Source: the human T2T-CHM13v2.0 reference genome, Homo sapiens
NCBI RefSeq assembly: GCF_009914755.1
Contig: NC_060926.1
DNA: 64,000 nt
Direction: 5' to 3' (one strand)
The notes under the pieces are model-generated. The model was not told the origin of the DNA and ran no database searches. It worked only from the letters and a program-made list of their open reading frames with translations. This document shows positions 45,354 to 60,709 of the stretch, one piece after another. Every line of letters starts with the position of its first letter. The stretch's first letter is position 1. The translations under genes were made by a program, and so were the position numbers.

Positions 45354-47472
45354 TAATAGTACCAACAAGTGAAACATGTTCATAATGGTATTTTTGACCT
45401 GTATTGTGCAAATCTCCCTCCCGTGTTACCATTTTAGTAAATGGCATCACAATGTGTAAAACCGTCCAAAACAAAAACCAGTACTCACCCTTGAGATTTC
45501 TTTTTCCATTATCCAGTATATCCAATACATTAGGAAAGCTTATCAGCCCAATTTACAAAACACCAGTCCAATCCACCCATTTCTCTCCTTCTCCCTTGCC
45601 AGCCCTTGTTCAAGCCATGCAATAAACGGTGGTAGTAGCCTCCTAATTCTTCTTCTTGGACAACTCTTGTTTTTAAAGTGCTTTAAACCATTGAATAGCT
45701 TCCAATCACACTTAGGATAAATTCAAACTCTTTACTATGGCTTAAGGCCCTACATCATCTTATCTCTGTTTCTTCTACATCATCTTGGTATACCCTTCAC
45801 CTCCCTAACTCTTTTCAGTTCCTAGAACTTGCTAAAGCTTACCTGTCTTGGTGCATTTGTACTTCTCTTTCTTCTGCCTAGAATGTTCTCCCCTGACCTG
45901 CCTTTTTATCCTTCCCAACCTTTAGGTCTCTGTTCAAAATCACCTCTGCCGAGAGGGCCTTCCATGACCATCCTGTCTAAAGTAACCCTTTCCTGAATTC
46001 CTCTGGAACACATCTCTCCATATTTATTTCTTTTAAAGAACTTTGCATAATGTGCACTTAAATTGTGAGTTTTCTTGTTTACTTTCTGCCGTTTTCAAAA
46101 AGAATCTAATCTTCAAGACACTAGGGACCTTGCTTATCTAGTTACTTCCTGTTTTCCCAGTTCTTAGGACAAGTTTGGCTCACAGTAGACACTTGGAATA
46201 AGTATATTTGGAGAATGAATAAACCTGACTTCAACTACTTTCATTTCTACTCACACCTAGTACACAGTCAAAGTTATAGAATATAAAACAGCTTCATTTT
46301 TTGACAAGATTCTTATTGGTGACACATTTCCATTTTAGCTTACCTGTCAACAAGAATCTCACATATATCAATACAAATATCAATAACTTGCATGCAGTTT
46401 TGATAAATTTCAATGCAATTTCTCACATATTTAGATGACAGTTAAGTATTTAACGAACGCTTACTTTGTACCAAGCAATGTCTGAGTACCTTTGATATGG
46501 TACCATGTGTAACCACAACAATCACTTGAAATAGGCATTGTTATTATCTCCATTTAAAGGAGTGAAGACTGACAGTAGGCCAGTTGCCCAGAGTGGCACA
46601 ACTTGTGAGTTGGAGAGCCAGGCAATCTGATCCCAGAACGGCACATCTCATTTGAGTCTCCTCATTAAATCAGAGGTCCACAGCATGGACCTTATCCTGC
46701 TCTACACCTGGGGTAGGAGGCTCAAAGCAAATCACTGAGGTGCTAAAGACACAGGTCAGTAGGTATCAAGTAAAGTCTTCTGAAAGGGTTAATTCTTTCT
46801 GCCATCCACTCACTGTCACAACTAGCAAGGCTAGTTTCCCTGGATCATAAATGGATGAAGGCATGAGACTGTGTGGACCCAGTTTACAGTGAAAACTTAA
46901 TGGGGTTTCTGCCTTCGAAAGCCAATGTGACTCCTATCAAGGATCTGGAAATCAGTTTTCCTCTTTGAGGTGAAAGATGACAATTGAGGGATGATGGATT
47001 AGAAATTTGAACAGAACGCATTAAAAAAGAATGAAAGAAGATATGCCAAAATATTAACTGTGCCTTATATTGATTAGGATATTAACATAATCAAGATTGA
47101 TATAGAATTATGAGTGATTTTAAAAAATAATTCAACATTTAATAACGTTTATGCTCATAAAAAGTTCCCTTCCCACACATACATTAACAATCTAGTGGGA
47201 CTGCCTGCTAAAGTACTAAGACGAAGTTTTCAAGAGAACTCACACAAATATCAGTGAAGCTCCTTTGTCATTTCTGATATTTACATGTCCCATCCTACTA
47301 GTATTTATTTAACATCCATCTAATATTACTTTACTTGATACACTGTTTAGTCTTGTCCTCAGCAATAATGGCTGGGAAGTCACAGGGTTTGTTAGCTTTG
47401 ATTTTTCTCTAATACACATGAAAATAAACATAGAAATAGTAAAATAAAAATGTCCCTGTAAAAGCCATCTCT

Positions 47473-47797
47473 GGCCAGGTGTGGTAGCTCATGCCTGTAA
47501 TCCCAGCACTTTGAGAGGTTGAGGCAGGCAGGTAGCTTGAGCCTAGGAGTTCTAAACCAGTCTGGCCATCATGGCAAAACCTCATCTGTATAAGAAATAC
47601 AAAAAAATTAGCTAGGCGGCCATGGTGGTGCGTGCCTGTAGTCCATTACTTGGAAGGCTTAGGTGGAAGGATCGCTTGAGCCCTGGAAGCTGCGGCTGCA
47701 CTGAGCTGAGGCTGCAGTGAGCCGAGACTGCGCAACTGCACTCCAGCCTGGGCAACAGAGCAAGACCATCTCAAAAAAAAAAAAAAAAAAAAAAAAA
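47473..47797 (+). mobile_element. Alu (AluJ-like)
   Basis: TSD AAAAGCCATCT; small internal ~16-bp duplication near 47688-47720. Confidence 0.9.
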
Positions 47798-48173
47798 GCC
47801 ATCTTGAGTACTACTAAGAGGATACACACAATGCCATAGGAAACTCTAAACCACTGTGCTGATTTCATAGAATCCCCAAACACAGTCCTTTAATGCTTTT
47901 TCTTTAAGTTAAAAGGAAAATTTTATGGCAGTATATTGATAAAGTATAGTATATTAATATTTTATTAGGCTTTATTCATACAGTATATTATAAAGTGTTC
48001 CACTTTAGAACTTGTACACTTGTGTAATGTGGGAAAAGGCTGTTAATAATATTCCCTGGTACACTAGAGAGTGAGAAATCAGTGCCTGGAATTAGCAGGA
48101 ATAGAAAAGATTTTTGACTAGGGTGGTGTAATGTTGGCTTAATGGTATAGGATGTAACAGAGGAGAAACTTAC

Positions 48174-48329
48174 ATTCGTTATCGGATCATTTTCATTCTC
48201 CGTAACACATCCCTGAAGATTTGAGTTGAGGGCTTTACAGATGATCATGATTCTCTTGGCAGCTTTTTCTTCAAATGGTTTGATCACAGACTCAGGTTCC
48301 AAGAGATCTTTTTTTTGAAGTTTCAAGGT
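48174..48329 (-). CDS. DOCK10: DOCK10 exon (~11), 156 nt: [52 protein letters not shown]
   Basis: ttttttag acceptor, GTAAGT donor; overlaps ORF 47988..48326. Confidence 0.96.
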
Positions 48330-48443
48330 CTAAAAAAGTTTTGAATGAGTCACCAAACATCCAACATAAAAAAGAAATTCTAAATTATAATCCCCAACTG
48401 TATGGATCAAGTTCATATCTGCTTAGAAAAAATTTTGACTTAC

Positions 48444-48527
48444 ATCTATGTCTGGATCTAGAGAGAACAGATTTAGCCTCTCCATGTTTCGAGTTGTTTT
48501 TACAGTATCTTCTGTTTCTGTGAGGTA
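48444..48527 (-). CDS. DOCK10: DOCK10 exon (~10), 84 nt: [28 protein letters not shown]
   Basis: ctctgtag acceptor, GTAAGT donor. Confidence 0.94.
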
Positions 48528-48843
48528 CTACAGAGAAAATTGTGTTAGTCCTTGGTATCTAAATATCCAGATACAGCCCCTGACACATCCACATGGCCAA
48601 GAAGCAGCCCCTTAGTATTATCACCATTTTAGTATTACCCATTAACACTTGGCAAATCTTGTAAAAGTATGTTTCCTTTTTGAGCCCTATGTGTATGTTA
48701 ATGAAAACACATAGGTTAACGGGAAGTTCCAAATTAGCTTCTTGGTCTAAATCTTAAAAGAAAGCATTTACGTCTTTTCCATGAAAGCAATAACTAACAA
48801 ATAATTCAAATTGGTTTTGCAAGTACAATGCCAACTTTATTAC

Positions 48844-48929
48844 CTTTGCAAAGTCTGCGTGTAGGTTGTTCTCTGAAGAATCTGTTTCCTCTGGCGTGCA
48901 TTCACAAGTTACAGAATTATCCAGCGAAT
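48844..48929 (-). CDS. DOCK10: DOCK10 exon (~9), 86 nt: (D)SLDNSVTCECTPEETDSSENNLHADFAK
   Basis: tttttaag acceptor, GTAATA donor, phase 1 to 0. Confidence 0.93.
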
Positions 48930-50215
48930 CTTAAAAAGATATACCAAGTCAGGTTATTAAATATTACTCACGAGTCACACATTCTTCTAGCCTGTGACAT
49001 GCAAAACTAAGTTAGGCTTAAGAGCTAAGAGGGACGTTGGTGAGCCTAAGCTTTCATTGTGTTCTGACTCCTGAACTCCACATTGTTGAGTGATCTGGGC
49101 CTGGAAATCAGACCCTCTGATGATCATTTTGGGATTCTTGCTATGATACCATCTTGTGTCCACAAGAACTTTGGATTTTTACACTACATTTATACTTGGG
49201 GTTGTCTTGACTTACTTCATTAATGCATACTAAAGTTTTCTTAAATATGTATGTATTTTTGGTAATTCTGGCTCTCAGGCTATCAATTTAGAATCCACCT
49301 TCTTGCTTCAGCTACTTAAACTCTGTAAGACACTGTAAACATTAATACTATCGTTGTTATTATTAAGGAAATCCTAAGTGTAAAACACCTACTATGGCAT
49401 ACAGTAGTTGTGTTAAAATCAACAAAATCAGCAATAGTTTTTTTCCATATTACTCCATGGCTCTTTCACTCTACAGCCTGAGACTTAGACTAGGGGAACT
49501 TAAAGATGCTTTGGTTTCTAATGTACCATGTGCTATGCAAAATGTCTGAAAATAGTTTTGTTTTGGGAGGAGTGACTGACTTTGCTGGTGTTGAACTTGC
49601 CTTCTATGTAGCTACAGACTTGCTTTTCTAACCTTTTCACCTTTTCTTTCCTCTCTCTTGTTCCCTTCTCTTTGCATAAAATGAAGTAGACCCTTATGAA
49701 GGAATTAGGATGGGGAGAAAAAAAATTTAATTTTATAAAAATTCTATCACCATGTATAATTTTTGAAACTTTCACATATAAGATGATCACAGTATGATCA
49801 AAAAGCAGAAATGAAAGATGCTTTTTCACTAAAAGGAAGGAATTCATATTTGCCTTTACAGAGCATAAGATTCATTAATTAAATTTAATGAAAGGCTAAA
49901 ATACCACAAAATGCCCCCTATAAGGTAATGTCCCATTGGACATGAGCACATTTTGGATGCTGTGACAAATGATTCCCAACATCATTTGCTGGGGGAAAGC
50001 CTCAGATCGTTGCCAGTTGACTCTGAATTGTACTTATGTGTGGTGGCCATTACTGTGCAGTAAAGATTTAGGAGTGATTTAGTGATTCTTGGAACAAACA
50101 GCCCCAGGATGGATGAGCTAGACCAGACAGCAACTACAATGCCTAGCAGCTTTAGTGAACCAAAAACACAGGTCACACTGGACAAAGGAAGGAAGACGGC
50201 TTCATATGCTCTCAC

Positions 50216-50399
50216 CCAGACCCAGATCAGTGAGCTCTGTGCTCCTCCTCCCTTGGAGGGGCCCCTCAGGACTGATTTGCAGAATGCGGTTGAGGGTGTG
50301 GATCCATTCATCCATATCTGACTCTGTTTCAGCTGCCAGCACAAAATAGGTCAGATCATTCATTTTCAATTCAAAGGCATATTTTCTTAGTCTGTTATT
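50216..50399 (-). CDS. DOCK10: DOCK10 exon (~8), 184 nt: [40 protein letters not shown]...LGL (PH end)
   Basis: ccacag acceptor, GTGAGA donor; overlaps ORF 50202..50465. Confidence 0.96.
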
Positions 50400-51602
50400 C
50401 TGTGGTATAAAAAGAAAGAAAGAAAAAGAGAATACCAAAAAATAAGCCTTCGAGAGAGAGATCATTTATGTGGGCTTGAGGTTCCAAAAGTCTTTCCATA
50501 CAGATAGATAACATAAAGAAAATTTTCCAGAACAAGACAAAATTTTAGATGGGTCTGATCATTTTGTTTGATTTCTTTCAAAGCTTTTTGTACTAAGAAA
50601 TATCTTATTTAGGGTTTTGTTGATTGGATGGACACGTTAGCTTGAACATTTCATCACGGGCATGTGCTTGAGTATATTCTTAACTCCTTGTAAGAGTTTC
50701 TTTGAGTTTCTGCCTTGACTTTCTCACCTTATATTCTGTGATTCATTCCAGGTGGGCGTCTGACCCTATCGCATCCCAGAGGCAGCTCTTACCAAGGTCA
50801 CTAACAGGCCCTATGTTGCCATACTATCTTAAGGACTATTTCTTTCTTCGTATCTTCCTTGTCCTTGCAGCAGAATTAACACAATGGCCACTTCCTCCTT
50901 TCTGAAACTCACCTTCCTTCAGTTGCCACGAGCACACTCTATTCTGAGTGTGGCTGCCTTTTTTCGATCTCCTCTGCCAGCTGTTCCTTCTTCTCATGAC
51001 CTCTAGTGAGAATCCTGGCTATGCCTCAGACTCCTTTCTCTCCTTTATTTCTCATCTATTCCAATGGCTTCAAACGACATCCATGTGCAGTGACATCCCA
51101 ATTCCTTTCCTGGCTCTGGCTTCACCAACCTCCAGATTCTTCTCTAGCTTGACATCTCTACTTTGCATTTTGTGACCAACCCACAAAGCCTTTTTCTAGT
51201 TCCCGAATGTGTTCCTGTCATGTTCTTATTGCTGCCACAAGGAAGGCCTGAGACAGGCTGGCCCCCTCCACCACACATGCGCTCAAAAGCATAGTGAGCA
51301 TGGTGTGTGCCCCCATGTACTTATATGATTTGTATCCACTCTTCAGATCTCAATTGAAACTTTCCTCAATTTTCCAGTCTAGGACAAAGGGACAAAGTTC
51401 TTGTCCTCCAGAGCACTTACCATGATTTGAAATTATCTGCTTATCCATTTTTGTTTGTTTTGACAAATACATGTCTCCCTTAAGGCTACCTCCATGAGGA
51501 CTGGGTCAGTTTTCCTAACCACCATATCATGTAATAGTACGGACACTTGAAGGATTCAATAGTGGTGGGTTCAAAACCAGTCATATTTTATGAATGGAAC
51601 AT

Positions 51603-51682
51603 AATAGGTTCCTATTCTATTGGAATAGGTTCCTATTCTATTGGAATAGGTTCCTATTCTATTGGAATAGGTTCCTATTCCA
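51603..51682. repeat. 21-bp minisatellite AATAGGTTCCTATTCTATTGG, 3 full copies plus a partial copy
   Basis: Read directly; gives the IGTYSNR repeat in ORF 51571..51753. Confidence 0.95.
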
Positions 51683-53653
51683 AGTTGACATTCTAGTAGA
51701 GAAGAGGTGAATGGATGAATAATTGAAGGAATGAACAAACAATTGAAAAACAAAGGTTCTCCATTGTGCAGAGAACTAAAATAAGCCAGTGTGATGAGTA
51801 GGTACTTTAGATTGGGTGGTCAGAAGCAGGCCTTTCCCCAAAGAAGATCTCTGATTTGAAATCTGTAGAAAGGAGAAATGGGCTATTGAAAGTTCAGGGA
51901 AGGACATTTAAAGCGGGGGAACCCAAGAACAAATTGTTACAATTTTATATATTCCTGGTATGAGATTGGAACATACATTCAAAGTGGAAACTTTCCCCTA
52001 GTGACACAAACTAGTGTTATTTAAGGGGGTGGTTGTTGGAAAGATTACTGAAGATACTTCATCTTTGATTTACTCCAGGCAATTCCTATACCGGTGTCCA
52101 GCTTTTATCAATATGTTCTAAAACCTGTAGCTTACTCATAATTGTAATAGAGCAAACCCTAACACTTAGGACAACTCTATTAAGTAGAATACAAATAAGA
52201 GAAGAGCCATAAAATGAGATCAATAGTGTGGGATTGTGGCTAAATAACAAGGTATAAAATTCTTTTGGGGAACAGGATTGCTATTTCTTGGTGACAAGCA
52301 AAAATTTCTAATACCCCTCCGGCAATGTTCTCTTTCTTTGGGATACTCTCACAGACTGTCCCCAGATAGCTGTTTCTTTCAACAATCACAACAACAAGAT
52401 TACTAGTGCAAACACAACAATTACTAAATACTGGCTCTGTACTTTATGGTCATTATTTAATTTAAATGTCATAACAACCCTGTGGGACCAATCACATTAT
52501 TCCATTTCACATGTAGTGAAACTGAGTTTTGGGGAGATTAATTAAAATGTGTTTGGGATTATATTGATAGCAAATGGTAGAGAAGGGAAAATAAGCCCTA
52601 TATACTCTAACAACTGTGCTCCTAATCCCACCCACTGAGCTGCCTTATGCATTGCACAGAGCCAGGGACACAGAAGATGCTCAGCTGATGCTGGTCTCCT
52701 TACTTGACATTGCCCCGGCACAACAAAGGGGCATCTGTGGCCTGGGAGTTGTGGTTTCTCTCAGTGCTCAAGAACACATAGTGGGGCAACACATAGTCTT
52801 GAGAAAAAGTAAAGTTCAGGAACCAAAGGAGAAAGAATTGGCTAAAATGCTAACTATGGTTCTCATGTGGAAATTCACAGCTCAAACATCACTTTCTAGA
52901 CTTCCAAGGATGAGCCCTTTGCTCCTGTCCATACTTTTGTATTACCATCAAGTATTATTTATTTCTTTGCCTTATAATGGCAGTCCCAGGCCTGGCTCTT
53001 TATAGTCCACAAGTCTTAGAAGGGCAGAACCTAAATTTGTATCCTCAGTGCTAAGTGCAGCGATATAATTGACTATCAAAGAGATATCTGTTGTGTTCAT
53101 ACTTTGTGTTGGACAAAAACATAGCCAGTCCCTGCTCTTGCAGAATAGGAATGACAGGCATTAAGCAATTAATCAGACAAATGTGAAATCAGAAAACAAA
53201 TATATTTAAATTTTGTACAAATGTTTTGAAAAAGAGGTACTGGGTTCTATGAGAACATAGAATAGAAGTATGTGGACAAGTAAAAGGTCAGAGTTGCATT
53301 TTGAAAAAATCATTTTGACTGCAGTGTAAACAAAGTGGAGGGTACTCAGAAAGCCCATGGCCTCAAACTTCAGTGTGCAAAGCAAACATCTAGGCAGCTT
53401 CCTTCCGAAGGCAAATTCCTAGACGCCCCACTCTCCCCAGGAGGACTGGGGTAGATGTCCTCCACGTGTCCTCACACACAGCTCTGGGATGTTCTGACGA
53501 AGAAGGGCTACAAAATCACCTGCGACCTTCACTGATGGACAGTCTAAGGGCAAAGACAAGATGGCTGCAGAGCAGGTATAAAAGGAAAGACAGGTGTTCT
53601 ATCACAGCACAATTTCCTTCAAAAAAACAACAGGAATAGAAATAGACACTCAG

Positions 53654-53965
<312 letters not shown>

Positions 53966-56900
53966 AAATAGACACTCATAAAAGAACTGTAAATGTCCAG
54001 AGTTTGGTGCACAACTTTTGCAAGGACATTTTTAAGTATTTGATTATAGAAAAATGCAAGCAAATCTCAGTGTTATCTTGAAAACAAACAAATGAAAGAA
54101 TTTGAGTGATGAATTTGATGCTGCAAATAATGTTAAAAGGGAGATAAAAAGCAACCTAAAATGCTTATATTGGGTCCAAATTAAAGGTGGATTGAGTTGC
54201 AACCTGCTTTCGAATGAAGATGCCGAACACTAACAAAATTTTGAAATGAAACATTACAAAATATAAACGAGTTGATTTGATTGTCTAAACTGCATTCAGT
54301 ACTTCAAATGAATTAAATATGATTGCCGGCTTCAACAATATAATCACAAATATTCTTAAAAATTTGAGCAAAGTATTACAATCTTGTTTCTCAAAAAGGG
54401 ACATTTATAATTAAAATAAATATTCGATTTGAAATGTCTCAAGAACTAAATTACCTTCTTCTATTTCAAGAGAAATAGAACCATTTGCAGCCCAGAGAAG
54501 CTTATGTTGGGAAAGATTAAGATGTCTGAGTGGTTTTCGATCTTGCTGTCTGTAATCTCAAAGATAATGTCATATAGAATAGCAAAAAGGGCAAAAATTG
54601 AAAATCAATGGGATATTTCAATAGGAAGTTTTAATAATTTTGAAGTATGATTGTTAAGTCATTAAAATGGTAATCAAGAAGTAATCATATTCTTGTTTTT
54701 GCTCCCCCAAATTTTCCTCTATTTCTCATATATCAGTGTCCTTTGCAGCCAGTGCAACTACTTTGTTCAGTCAACCTTACCATAGTATATTTACATGACT
54801 TCATAAATAGTAGGAACCTGTGAATATGTCTTATTGTCATGATATGTTTAGTGAGTTGTGGCAAACTGTTCTGCTTCCACAATGTTCATCTGAAAAAGTT
54901 CCAAACTGTAGATACTCCAAGAAAATCACTCAAGCCAATGGTGGACTGAATATCAAAGAGGGAAGCTACCCAAATCAAATATTTAATTATACCTATTATG
55001 TGGCTAGTATCTTGTATAGAATTTTGCAGGAACAAAAGAAGAGTCTTAAGGGAATCATACAACATCAAATCCAGGTTTCTGGTATCGATGGCTCCCTTCC
55101 ATGAAATCCTCTCCACTCTCTGTAGGTTTATTTGTTCATTCATTCAGTGAAAATTAAATGGGTACCTCCTATGTTTCAGTCACACAGAACTGAAAAAATT
55201 CAAGTAAAGTGCTTTCCCTCATTGAACTTACCTTCTAGTGTAATGAAATGTCAGTAAGCAAATAAGCAGAAAGACAACATATGTAACATATATATACACA
55301 TATATGTATATAATAGGTGTGTAATATGATATGGCATCATGCAGTGATAAATGTAATTTCATTCTTGCATATGTTATCAGGACTTATTGCTTGAAGTGTG
55401 TTACTTGTTTTCTTTGCATGTACCATATTTGTTTTGTTTTTTTTTCTGTGCATCCTTCCCACATCCTGGAAGCTTTTTGAAGACATGAGCCACACCTATT
55501 TTCAGAGTTTGCTCTTTTCACAATGGTTTGCACATTGCAAGTTTTCCAATATATACTAGTATTTGCTGAAATGAATCCCATATCTAAAATTCACTGCTTA
55601 AAGCTCCACATGAACATATCTTTGTAGTGTTTTTTCTGCCCACATAGCTTATGTAGGTAGAATAAATGTATGTATGTGGGTATGCCTACTTTACATATGA
55701 TAATACATCATTTCTTTGGGCATCTGTCTGTAATTTTGGACATTCCTCTGCCTCAAGTTAAACTTTGCAATTCATTAGCTCTGTGACCTGTGAAAGACAC
55801 TCTACCTCTCTGAATTTTATTTTAATAAATGGAACAATCATAGTTCATGTTCCATCAAGTGCTGTCAAATAATATATTAGATGAAGAAAACCACAAGTAT
55901 AATTTTGGTTCTTATTGTTCTCGGAAGTGAGATTTTCAGAACTTGAGTTGCTAATGCGAGGCTTACGGGTCATATTTGGCTTCTAGATTTGTTTTCCTTG
56001 TAATGTTCTTTCCCCTGCTCCCAATATGACTTGCTTTCTGTAGGCAGGCATTCTCCACGTCTACATAGTCCAAGCTGCATCTGTTTCTCACACCTGGCCT
56101 CTCTTCATGCATGCAGGGGGCTGCTTGACCTACAGGAGGTATCTGCATTTCTAGCCTTTGGTTAGTCACATGAAGCCACTGTCTTGGAACCCATATCCAC
56201 ATGGTGGCAGACTCAAGGAAATGAGCCTTGTCCACCACACTGTCCACACCCATGTAAGCCTGTCTAAAGTGACATCAGCTTATTATCATTGCTGAGATAG
56301 GGACCTAAAACAGATGAGATTCTTGGGCTGTTCATTCTCTTCTACAGTGGCAGAACCTGGAATGAATGGATGGATAGATGAATGAATGTGAGAATGAATG
56401 AATGAATACATGAACTGAAGGAACAAGATAGGATAACACAGGCCTAAATATCTCTTAGTCCCAGAAGAAAAAACTTGAAGCAGCAAAAACCAAGTTCTTT
56501 TCCAGATTGGGAGCATAGGCCCATAAAAAATATCTAATACTCTTTGATGATATTATGAAAAAATAGAAAACCATGATTAGGCTTTGTTTTGTTTTGTGTT
56601 TTTTTTGGCCAAGATTCAGGAAATTGTCAGTCATAAACATTACCTAAAGTCTCTGAGAAAGCTGGGAAGGAGTTTCTCTCTACTTGAGCCACCCTTGTAA
56701 TATACGTCTAAGAATTCCAAAGTATTCTAAGGAAAACGATGATATGGATTAAGTCTGAATGAATCAAACTGAAATGGCATATTCACTAAAGATTATAATG
56801 AACTTGAACTCCCTAAGAATGCTGGATGCTAAGTAGTACTTTCTGAGGCAGAGACGTTGTTCCTCTTTTTTGTTTGATTCAACGGAACCTGGCAATGATT

Positions 56901-58989
56901 CTTCATAAAACTGGTCTGATTCATCCTAGTTATTCATTTGCTCTGTGCTTTTGTGTGTACATGATTCATCTTCAGGCACATTTCATGCCTGAGAGCTTAC
57001 TAGAACTATGGTTAAACTGGCACTATTTCACTCAAATTCTCTCCAGATGTAAAAACTTACACATCTGGAAGAACTATAAGCAAATATGTAAGAACTGGGA
57101 CCCACACACAAAGTGACAAGTGACCCAGGTTTTGTCTCCCCAGAGTGATCCCAAGAAACTGGTCCCTGCCTCTACAAAGGATGTAGAGAATACTGGATAA
57201 AGCTTCTTGATGAAGAGGAATATAAATGCAGGGATAGAGGTGAACTCTTTAAAAGATACATATGCCAAATCTACCTTGGGGAATATTATAGACAGGCCCA
57301 GCTTTTTCTGTACAGACTTACAGCCTGAGCTGAAAGAGTTCATCATTGTTTCATGTTCCCAGAGCATTCCATGGTCTCTGCCATTCATACCTCCATCATC
57401 GCTCTCGAGATATCGTGTGATAGTGAGCAAGTAGCGATGCCCCTCTCTGATTCTGACTTCAATAAAGAATTGACTTCCCCACACCTGGGTGTAGTTTCTA
57501 GCATGTCATAGGCACTAAGTGGGTTTGTTGAATGAATCAGTAGGTTAATGAATAAATAAAGACATAGATAAATTAACACACTTAGGAAAAAATATCCGGA
57601 ACGTAAATCAAGGTTTTCTAGGAAGACTTTCCCATAATGGAATGTCTATATCCTAGGTTGTGACCTTTGAAATTAATGGAAGAATTAGGGGAGAAAGGCT
57701 AAATACACTATCTCCCAGTTCTTTTCACATATTAGCACATTGTTCTAGTTTTACAGATGAGGAACCTGAGATCAAATTGGTCAAGTAACTTACTCAAAGT
57801 CTTTGGGTAGTAAATGGTAAAACTAGGATTTGAATGCGGACTTGCATGAATCCCAAGCTTGTGTTTTCCCTTCAATACTCCTTTTTTTCCATGACAATGT
57901 TTAAGCAGAGACTGAAACACAATCTAAGTAAGAGATGATGGAGAAGCAGTTCCTCCATAGGAAGGTCAGATTAGAGCAATAAGTTCTATGATTCTTTGAA
58001 GAAGAAAAATATTGCATATTAACCTGGGTTTCTGCAAACTTAATATATAACAAAAGACTACAATGGTACTTCTTAAAAAATGATGACTCATTTGCTAGAG
58101 AAAGCTTTCAAGTACAAATGGAAAGGATAATATTTAACATTTTCTGCTCAATGTCTATAAAATGCAGTTATTGATCTTTACTGCTAACGTTTTACTTCAT
58201 GTTTCTAAGGCCAAAAGGTGTCCTTTGTGACCAACAGTAGAAAATAGCCTCCACCCTCCATTAAGGTCATTATTGCCCTTTCCATATGGAAAGCTGGCAT
58301 CTGTGTTAAAATGCAATTATCTTTCACTTGCAGCAGAGTGCTCAGAAACAGTTAATTTTTTCCTTTTAAAGTTCAGCTTTATTACTTCCTGGAAGAATTC
58401 CAGATTTTAACAGATAAACCATCCAGAAATAGGCCGGGACTAAATGACTGGAGAGAACTCTACTTGCATCCACATATCCAAGGGCCTCCAGGAGTGGTCT
58501 GTGATGTAATTTCAGCTCGTAACAAGCTAGGTGAATGCTGAGGTTTGAGGGTAACAGAAAGTACTTCTCTACTGGCCTGTGACCAGAAATAGAGTCCTGG
58601 ACCTCAGTGAGCCAGTGCCATTGTGAAATTTGAGGGAAGGTTGCTAAAACACTTTTGATTGCTCCCATGATTACATAAAAGGGAATAAGGTCAGTTATTT
58701 CATCAGAGTAGGAAGCAGCGATTCGAAAGCCAAATGTCCAAATGGGGTCTATGGAATTATTCTGCTTCCCTTTGCCACAGTGGCCCGTGCTGAATTTCAT
58801 ACTAAGGACAATAATTTGAAGACCAAGAGCTTATAGAGAACATTATTTGTTAAAAGCACTATGTCTGCTTCTGAAATTAGACTCTCTGGAATCAGTGGAA
58901 TCCTTGTCTTTGAAGACAGCCACCTCTTAGAAGAAAGATGCTGCATATGTACACTGTCAACTTACTCTATCATTATTACTTAATTATAA

Positions 58990-59547
<558 letters not shown>

Positions 59548-59806
59548 TAATATTCCTTTTCAACCTCACCACTCTTCTGTCTCCCTTTTGTTTCTCTGTT
59601 TATTTTCTTTATTGAAAAATTTACCAGCTGATTCCATTCTGCTTATTCATGTCTTTGCTTAATTCCTGTTTTTCTTTCTCTCTGGAAAGTAAGATTTGTG
59701 AAAGTAGAGATCCAGGCTGCCTTGTTTTTCACAGAATTCTTAGAATCTAGAGCAGCTCTTGGCTCATATCAGATACTCCATGAATATTTGTTAAATATAC
59801 TTTTCA

Positions 59807-59983
<177 letters not shown>

Positions 59984-60240
59984 CTAAATAAAGGAAAAGA
60001 TATAAGGAGATATTCAAATTGTAATGTGCTATTACTCATAGAAATTAGAATTATTCTAATTCCTTCAGGAGTGCTATATTTCTAGGACATTTTTCTAGAG
60101 AAGAGCATCCTACTTCCTCATAAATAAAATATTATATGAAACATAAACTCAATGCAAATGGCTCTCTTCTGTGCTGTGACCAGAGGAGGGAGTGTTAAGA
60201 AGGGTGACAGAGATAAAGATGAGTCTTGATATCTCCTTAC

Positions 60241-60363
60241 CCGAACAGTAACGGTGTTGTTCACGGTGCTGTTAAAATTCCCCTTGTAGAGCCAGCCGGA
60301 CTTGAAAACACCAGTTCCTCCCGCTCCTCCACCCCCCTTGGAAGACGAGTGGGAAGTGGTATC
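60241..60363 (-). CDS. DOCK10: DOCK10 exon (~6), 123 nt: [41 protein letters not shown] (PH start)
   Basis: cctacag acceptor, GTAAGG donor; overlaps ORF 60118..60378. Confidence 0.96.
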
Positions 60364-60636
60364 CTGTAGGAAAGGCATAGTAGCATGACAGCCATCTTTT
60401 GTGGATCCTAGATCCTAGACACTGCATTTAAAAAAGAGACTCCTCTTCCTCTCTTTGACTCATCTTAAATAAGCATGTTCAATTTCAAAACAAACGTGAC
60501 TCATTTTGACTAAAAGCCCTACCACCAACAGCTACTACAGCTTACAACAAACCGGTCAGAACTCGAAACTTTCAGTGCAAGACAGAAACTAATTATCCTC
60601 ATGTTTTAAACATCTCACTTTCAACTATTTACTTAC

Positions 60637-60709
60637 TTCATCCTTATCAGCATCTTCATGGTCAATCTCAAAGGAATGTGAAGGAAGCTTCTCTGGTTTG
60701 TATTCTGCT
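60637..60709 (-). CDS. DOCK10: DOCK10 exon (~5), 73 nt: (R)AEYKPEKLPSHSFEIDHEDADKDE
   Basis: tttaatatcag acceptor, GTAAGT donor, phase 2 to 0. Confidence 0.95.

Noticed and set aside
51603-51682. GTTCCTATTC similarity to the yeast FRT site, or a CRISPR-like palindromic repeat
   Set aside because: It lacks the FRT 13-bp arms and 8-bp spacer geometry. The units are head-to-tail with no unique spacers and there are no cas genes, so it is a plain minisatellite.
57397-57439. Small CpG cluster with CATCGCT...AGCGATG inverted ends as a possible structured ncRNA
   Set aside because: The stem is short and interrupted, with no snoRNA, miRNA or tRNA hallmarks.
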